Source: the human T2T-CHM13v2.0 reference genome, Homo sapiens
Length of the DNA: 64,000 bases
Direction: 5' to 3' (one strand)
Assembly: GCF_009914755.1 (NCBI RefSeq)
Contig: NC_060929.1
The notes below the pieces were generated by a model, which saw only the letters and a program-made list of their open reading frames with translations, had not been told where the DNA came from and did no database searches. Each line of letters opens with the position of its first letter. Positions within the stretch are counted from its first letter, which is position 1. Shown here piece after piece: positions 56,225 to 64,000 of the stretch. Both the position numbers and the translations under genes were made by a program.

Positions 56225-56710
56225 AAGGCCTTTTCCATTGCAGGGAAAAGAATGCAAGCTCAAACTAGCCTCAACTTAAGATGGAGTCTATTGGCTGCTG
56301 CAGATAAAAAGGTCTGGTATTGTCTTCCTTTAGGCTGGCTAAATTCAGACATTCTGTGAATGATCTCAGGAACTGATTCTCCCTCCAAGACTTGGCTCTG
56401 ATTTCTGGCAGTGCTGCTTTCATTTGCTGAAGGATTCTCTTTACATGATGGGAAGGATTACCATTTTAAACTTAAGTGGTCATTATAACTCAAAATTTCA
56501 TAAGGAGAGAAACCATCTCTGGCTCCAAACATCCATTCCAGCCCCCAAAAGGTCTCTGATGGGTAAGTAAGCATCATTTGTCCAGCTTCTGTGGGAGAGG
56601 AGTAACGCCCTGACTGACAGCTCCATCTAAATGCTACGAGCTGAAGGAAGGGCTGTTCCCAAAGGAAAGGTTGCAAGGAGGTTGAATGAGTACCATAGCT
56701 ATCCATAATG
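56225..56710 (-). mobile_element. Ancient MLT1 (J/K/L-like) LTR
   Basis: 'ttgcagggaaaagaatgcaagctcaaactagcc...ctattggct...ggctgttcccaaaggaaa'. Confidence 0.5.
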
Positions 56711-57019
56711 AGACTGATTAGATCCTGGTCCCACAGGGAGAAAACAGCTTAAAAGCAAATTGGAGCTTACCTGAATGTTCGAAGAGGGCTTTAAAGAGAG
56801 AAAGATTTGAATTGAGATTATATATGTCAGGAGGATCTAGAAGCAAAGATACTTCTATAACTTAGACTTAATTCCTGCACTGCATAATGCTGCCTCTCCA
56901 TCACACTTCACAGACCCACGGATGAAGCTAAGAATTGATGACAAGCCTCTCACTCTTAGCACCCTCTCTCCTAATCCCTTTACATCTTCACTCAGCATTT
57001 TGCTTACTCCGTTCTTGGT

Positions 57020-57108
57020 CTCTGGGTCTCTCTCTCTCTCCCCACCCCCACTTCTATTTCTGTCTCCCTTTTTTCCCCTTCTTCTTCCCTCCTCCCTTCT
57101 CTCTCCTT
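57020..57108. repeat. Polypyrimidine (CT-rich) low-complexity tract
   Basis: About 90 nt almost purely C/T. Confidence 0.8.
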
Positions 57109-57913
57109 AAAATGCCTTCTTGAAAACAATATACAATAGAACCATGTGGTGAGGACAGTTCCTTTCAACTCACTTTTACTTAGAGCTATTTTCATCATAA
57201 TTGTTGTGAGATGAAATGCTGGCCTTTCTTTACATGTTGAAAAAATTAAAAGTGCTTCAAAGGTCAGAGAAAACAATCCCCTAAATAACAGCTTCAGGGA
57301 AAATGCCCACATAAAGTAACTGCTCCCTCCCTGACACCAGAACATGTAATTCTCTAGTTTTCGTTAAGAGTAGATCTCCTACCCATTCTTATTATCTTTA
57401 AAGATGACAACAATGGGACCCCTTAGACCAGAAGGCCCACCATAGCCAAATAATTCTTACAGAAATAAAATTGTTTGTATTTTTTCTCCTAGGATAAAAT
57501 CTATATGACAGTTTTGTTACTGGAAAAAAAAGTCTCCTTTTCCCTAGAAATTGTGCGAATGAAACAGAGGTAGATTTTGTTTTCAATTATGGCTGCAGTT
57601 CTACATGTTATTTGTCACATGTAGACACAGGAATGAGCCTTGCAACTGTGGAATTATTAGCTGAGTGAAAAATGTTACTGGACCAAGATGTTTTCCTAAC
57701 CATTGCTAGAATTAGTTAAGTCACTGACATCAATGTCTAATATATAATGTGCATTATCAGAGAAAACCACCAAAACATTCACAGGTTGTGAATACAGTAA
57801 TATAACACATATGTGCAGATAGCTAGCCACTCATGATCAGAAGTTTTCAAATGATACTTCTGAGAAATTGTTCCTGTATTTTTTCCTTTATCTGTAGCTA
57901 ATGCCCATTACTT

Positions 57914-58284
57914 TTTTTTTATTTCTTCTAAAAAAAAATGGGATACATGTGCAGAATGTGCAGGTTTGTTACATAGGCATATGTGTGCCATGGTGGTTTG
58001 CCGCACCTATTGACCCATCCTTTAATTTCCCTCCCCTCACCCCCCACCCCCCAACAAGACCTGGCGTGTGTTGTTCCCCCTCTGTGTCCATGTGTTCTCA
58101 TTGTTCAACTCCCACTTATAAGTGAGAATATGCGGTATTTGGTTTTCTGTTACTGTGTTAGTTTACTGAGGATGATGGCTTCCAGCTTCATCCATATCCC
58201 TGCAAAAGACACAATTTCATTCCTTTTTATGGCTGTATAGTCTTCCATGGTGTATATGTACCACATTTTTTTAACCCAGTCTAT
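57914..58284 (-). mobile_element. L1PA8-like truncated 3' end
   Basis: Reverse L1 3'UTR with T tail; TSD TAATGCCCATTACTT (57899-57913) / TAATGCCCATCACTT (58285-58299). Confidence 0.93.
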
Positions 58285-58913
58285 TAATGCCCATCACTTA
58301 TATGGAATGGGGTAGAATGAACCAACTTTTGTCCCTGTCTAACTTGAGAGTTAAGTTAGAAACTTAAGAAAGATACATTATGGTAGGAAATAAATTTGGA
58401 GGTGAGGCATAGAGCAGCGCTTTTTTTCCACTCTACATATAAATCCTGATATTCAAATCTCTTTAATTAGAAGACCTTGTAAATTCAAATCCATATCCTT
58501 TAGGATAAAGTTTCAGTACTCACTATGCACTAAAGTCCCCTGTTCTCTCAGACTTGGAATCACTCACAGTCTTCCCTTCCCTAAAGCAGGTGGCTTTCAG
58601 TTCTTAGCATACAGTTCTTTAAACTGGGCATGCTGTTCATCAACTTAGTGATTTTGCTCCAGGCTTCCTCTCTCTAGAAGACTACCTATCATCTCCACCT
58701 TCTCCTGACTATCCTTAAGACTTAACTCAAACACACGTCCTACAGAAAGCCTGTCTTGACAGTCCTTCAGTCTAAGGAAGTTGGTGTCAGTCCCATAAAT
58801 AACATCTATCACATAGACCTGTCACAGCAGTGACTGGTTTACTTGTGTTTCAACTCCAACAGAACATCCTTGTATCTTCAGTAATTCTGATATTGTTTTC
58901 CCAAAATGCCCCT

Positions 58914-59830
<917 letters not shown>

Positions 59831-60269
59831 CTTCTCCGGCATGGACTTGGACTCAACAGAACTGTGTTTAGTACCCAGCATCAATGCTACTGCAGTGTGA
59901 TTTGGGGAACTAAATCTGAGTGGCCACATTCTGTACATGGATAGAATCCAGAACCTGTCGCTTAGGCTTCTGTGTGGACAGCATGTGAAGGTATAGGTAA
60001 AGCACTCAGAAGATGGTTGGCACATATGAATTTTCACCTCCACCTCATTACAAATCCATGCCCCTCAGCCTGGAAGGATCTCCCCGCAGATGTCTACATG
60101 ACACAATCTCACCTCTGTCAAGTTTCCATTCAATGGAACCTCCTCCTTAAAGTCCTTCCTTGGTCATGCTACTTAAGATTTCAACTCATCCCTCACCCCC
60201 AACCTCATCACATTCTAGTTCTCTTCCCTACTTCATTTTTTTCCCCGTAGTACTTGCCACTAGAGTAAT

Positions 60270-60719
60270 TGTATATAAGAGTTAACTATCGCTGTGTAAC
60301 AAATCACCCCAAAACTAAGGGACTTCAAACAATACGTACTTACTCTCTCACTGTCTTTGTGGGCCAGGAATCCAGGCACAGGTTAGCTAGGGGGCTTTGG
60401 TTGTCTCAAAGCTCATTATGAGTCATTGAACGAAGAGCTCCATTCCTCACCAGCTGCTGGTTGGGGGTGAACTCAGTTCCATGCCACATAAGCTTCTCAT
60501 TAAAATGGACAAGCCTAGAAGGCAAGAGAGAGTGCTAGTAAGACGGGAGTCACAGACTTTGTAGCCTAATCTTGGAAGTGATATCCCATCACTTTGCCTA
60601 TATTTTCTTTGTTAGAAGGAAGTCACTAGGTCTAGCCCATAGTTAGAGGTGATTACACAAGGGTGTGAATACCAGGAAGCAGGCATTTGGGGGAGCCTTG
60701 TCAGAAGCTGCCTACCACA
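60270..60719 (-). mobile_element. MLT1F/H-like LTR inside an L2 fragment
   Basis: 'gctgtgtaacaaatcaccccaaaact...gggccaggaatccaggcac...ggaagtgatatcccatcactttgcc...ctgcctaccaca'. Confidence 0.8.
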
Positions 60720-61203
60720 TCATGCTCCCCAGGCTAAATGGGACAGTCCCCGTTAACAAACACTGCTTTAATGTTGTTATCAGCCGTACTTCCGGCCGAC
60801 ACATGTGGCCCTGGTGTAATTATCAGGGGCACTTCTTTCACGCAAGAATTGTCCAGACTGAGACAATAAATTACGTCATCTTCCCTCTTAATGCTTTCCA
60901 ATATAATATAGAATTTACTAATTTGTTTTGGTATCTTATCCAAATCCTTCTCTAAATAGCAGATCCCTAAGCAGGATTTAGGGATCCCTAAATAGAGATT
61001 TTTATATGTTTTGTTCGCCGCTGTATCCCCAGTGCCCAGATTAGTAGTCAATCTTCAAAACATATTTTGAGCATATATTTTGTCATGAAGTGTTTAAAAC
61101 TACGCCACTGAGTAAAATTGGTGTTTTGGGAATACATATTGTTGCTATGTAATCTCACGGTTTTCATCAATACTGTTTTGGGGAATCATCAAAATAATAA
61201 TTA

Positions 61204-61503
61204 AGCTGGCCATGGTGGCTCACACCTGTAATCCCAATACTTTGGGAGGCTGAGATGTGCAGATCACTTGAGTCCAGGAGTTCCAGACCAGCCTGGGCAA
61301 CATGATGAAATCCTGTCTTTACAAAAAATACAAAAATTAGCTGGATGTGGTGGCACACTCCTGTAGTATCAGCTACGCAGGAGGCTGAGGTGGAAGGATC
61401 ACTTAAACCCAGGAGCTTAAGGATATAGTGATCCGCGATTGCACCACTGTACTCCAGGATGGGTGACAGAGTGAGACCCTCTGTCAATAATAACAATAAT
61501 AAG
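61204..61503 (+). mobile_element. AluJ
   Basis: 'ccaggagttccagaccagcctgggcaacat', 'gaccctctgtc'; (AAT)n-like tail. Confidence 0.92.
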
Positions 61504-62712
61504 TTAGTTGCTATTGTCAAGGTATGGTGAGGGGGGAAAAGAAGGGACCTACCAACCTAAATGATCAATGGGGGTGGGATGGGGATGATGTTTTGGAGTT
61601 GGTGAGCCAGGGTTGAGTTTAAAATCATAAGCAGGCATTCAGGGGTTGCATGGAGATGGGGGTGTGGCAATGTATGAAGAGCAGAGGTTGGTGAGGTGGC
61701 ACAGACAAAATCAAGAGGCTTAAAGACCATGCTGTGGAGTGTGGACTTATCCCAAAGACTCCAAGGCACTGCTGGAGCATTTGAAGAGGGAGAATGGAGA
61801 AACAAATGCACGGATCAGAAAAGTCCCTCCTGTGGCAGTAGAGAGGATGAGGTTAGATACACCTGGAAGGAAGGAAAAGATTAAGGGTTTTTTGGAGTGT
61901 CAGTTAGGGTAGAGGGAAATTTAGTAAGAAAAAGATGGTGGGGGGATTACTCAAACATGTTCATGCTGGTTTTGCTGGGTATATTGACTATAAATTAGTT
62001 TTTCTATCACATTTTTATTATGTAGTTATATCACTTGTAAATTAAAGAAGTTATATTAAAGTGTTCCCACTAAGTTTGGACTGGGTGGAGCCCACCACAG
62101 TGCCACAGAGCCACTATAGCCAGAATGCCTCTCTAGATTCCTCCTCTCTGAGCAGGGCATCTCTGAAAGAAAGGCAGCAGCCCCACTCAGGGGCTTATAG
62201 ATAAAACTCCCATCTCACTCAGGCAAGCACCCAGGGGAAGGGGCGGCTGTGGGCACAGCTTCAGCAGACTTACACGTTCCTTCCTGCCAGCTCTGAAGAG
62301 AGCAGCAGATCTCCCAGCACAGCGTTCAAGCTCTGCTAAGGGACAGACTGCCTCCTCAAGTGGGTCCCTGACCCACGTGCCTCCTGATGGGGAGACATCT
62401 CCCAGCAGGAGCTGACAAACACCTCATACAGGAGAGCTCTTGCTGGCATCTGGCAGGTGTCCCTCTGGGATGAAGCTTCCACAGGAAGGAGCAGGCAGCA
62501 ATATCTGCTGTTCTGCAGCCTCTGCTGGTGACACCCAGGCAAACAGGGTCTGGAGTGGACCCCCAGCAAACTCCAGCAGACCTGCAGACTGTTAGAAGGA
62601 AAACTAACAAACAAAAAGCAATAGCATCAACATCAACAAAAAGGATGACAATGCAAAAGCTCCATCCAAAGGTCACCAACACCAAAGACCAAAGGTAGAT
62701 AAATCCACGAAG

Positions 62713-63710
62713 ATGAGGAAAAACCAGCACAAAAAGGCTGAAAATTCCAAAAACTAGAATGCCTCTTCTCCTCCAAAAGATCACAACTCCTTGCCAGCAA
62801 GGGAACAAAAGTGGATGGAGAATGAGTTTGACGAATTGACAGAAGTAGGCTTCAGAAGGTGGGTAATAACAAACTCCTCTGAGCTAAAGGAGCATGTTCT
62901 AACCCAATGCAAGGAAGCTAAGAACCTTGATAAAAGGTGAGAGGAATTGCTAACTAGAATAACTAGTTTACAGAAGAACTTAAATGACCTGATGGAGCTG
63001 AAAAACACAGCACGAGAACTTCGTGGAGCATACACAAGTATCAATAGCTGAATTGATCAAGTGGAAGAAAGGATATCAGAGATTGAAGATCATTAAAGCA
63101 TGAAGACAAGATTAGAGAAAAAAGAATGAAAAGGAAGGAAAAAGCCTCCAGGAAATATGGGACTATGTGAAAAAACCAACGTTTGATTGATGTACCTGAA
63201 AGTGATGGGGAGAATGGAACCAAGTTGGAAAACACACTTCAGGATATTATTCAGGAGAACTTATCCACCATAGCAAGATAGGCAAACATTCAAATTTATG
63301 AAATACAGAGAACACCACAAAGATAATCCTCAAGAATAGCAACTCCAAGACACACAATCATCAGATTCCCCAAAGTTGAAATGAAGGAAAAAATGTTAAG
63401 GGCAGCCAGAGAGAAAGGTCGGGTTACCCACAAAGGGAAGTCCAGCAGACTAAGAGCGGATCTCTCTGCAGAAACCCTACAAGCCACAAGACAGTGGGGG
63501 ACAATATTCAACATTCTTAAAAGAATTTTCAACCCAGAATTTCATATCCAGCCAAACAGCTTCATAAGCAAAGGAGAAATAAAATCCTTTCCAGACAAGG
63601 AAATACTGAGGGATTTTGTCACCACCAGACCTGCCTTACAAGAGCAGGAAGCACTAAATACAGAAAGGAAAAACTGGTACCAGCCATTGCAAAAACATAC
63701 CAACTTGTAA
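62713..63710 (+). pseudogene. Disrupted L1 ORF1
   Basis: ATG at 62713 (MRKNQHKKAENSK); in-frame TGA at 62938; C-terminal ORF 63381-63710 'MKEKMLRAAREKGRVTHKGK...RDFVTTRPALQE'. Confidence 0.9.
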
Positions 63711-63761
63711 AGACCATCAACACTATGAAGAAGCTGCATCAACTAGCCAGCTAGCATCATA

Positions 63762-64000
63762 ATGACAGGATCAAGTTCACACATAACAATAACAATAACA
63801 ATAACAATATTAACCTTAAATGTAAATGGACTAAATTCCCCAATTAAAAGGCACAGACTGGCAAATTGGATAGAGAGTCTAGGCCCATCGCTGTGCTGTA
63901 TTCAGGAGACCCATCTCATGTGCAAAGACACACATAGGCTCAAAATAAGCAGATGGAGGAAGATTTACCAAGCAAATGTAAAGCAAGAAAAAAAACAGGG
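63762..64000 (+). pseudogene. L1 ORF2 endonuclease N-terminus (open to the window end)
   Basis: Translates MTGSSSHITITITITILTLNVNGLNSPIKRHRLANWI...CCIQETHL, the APE-like EN signature. Confidence 0.9.

Larger units (their letters stand above)
62070..64000 (+). mobile_element. L1PA (L1PA7/8-era) 5' part: partial 5'UTR, disrupted ORF1, start of ORF2; runs off the window
   Basis: 5'UTR 'gcagcagccccactcaggggcttatagataaaactcccatctc'; ORF1 and ORF2 peptides below. Confidence 0.95.

Overview
This window reads as AT-rich primate (human-like) intergenic or deep-intronic DNA. I found no protein-coding exon, RNA gene, CpG island or CRISPR array that I can support. Most ORFs in the track are chance ORFs or translations of Alu, L1 or MaLR sequence; the only real protein homologies are decayed L1 ORF1/ORF2. 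About half the window is transposable elements: 10 Alus, several L1s, about 17 MaLR LTRs (8 of them THE1), plus MIR, L2 and hAT DNA transposons, often nested. The L1s include a 5'-inverted twin-primed copy nested in another L1 tail and the 5' part of a long L1PA at the right edge. I see no evidence of a new gene system. The most interesting signals are footprints of replication or repair template switching: (i) a multi-switch rearrangement at the 3' end of an MST LTR (55.3-56.0 kb), (ii) a nested AT-rich multi-hairpin palindrome (35.2-35.3 kb), (iii) a 56-bp templated insertion into a MER5A-like remnant (11.6/12.2 kb), and (iv) several short fold-back inverted repeats. There is also a candidate L1 3' transduction, a good CTCF motif, and DUX4-type motifs in MaLR LTRs. 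Subfamily names come from my recollection of consensus sequences and need RepeatMasker/Dfam confirmation; boundaries of ancient repeats are approximate.
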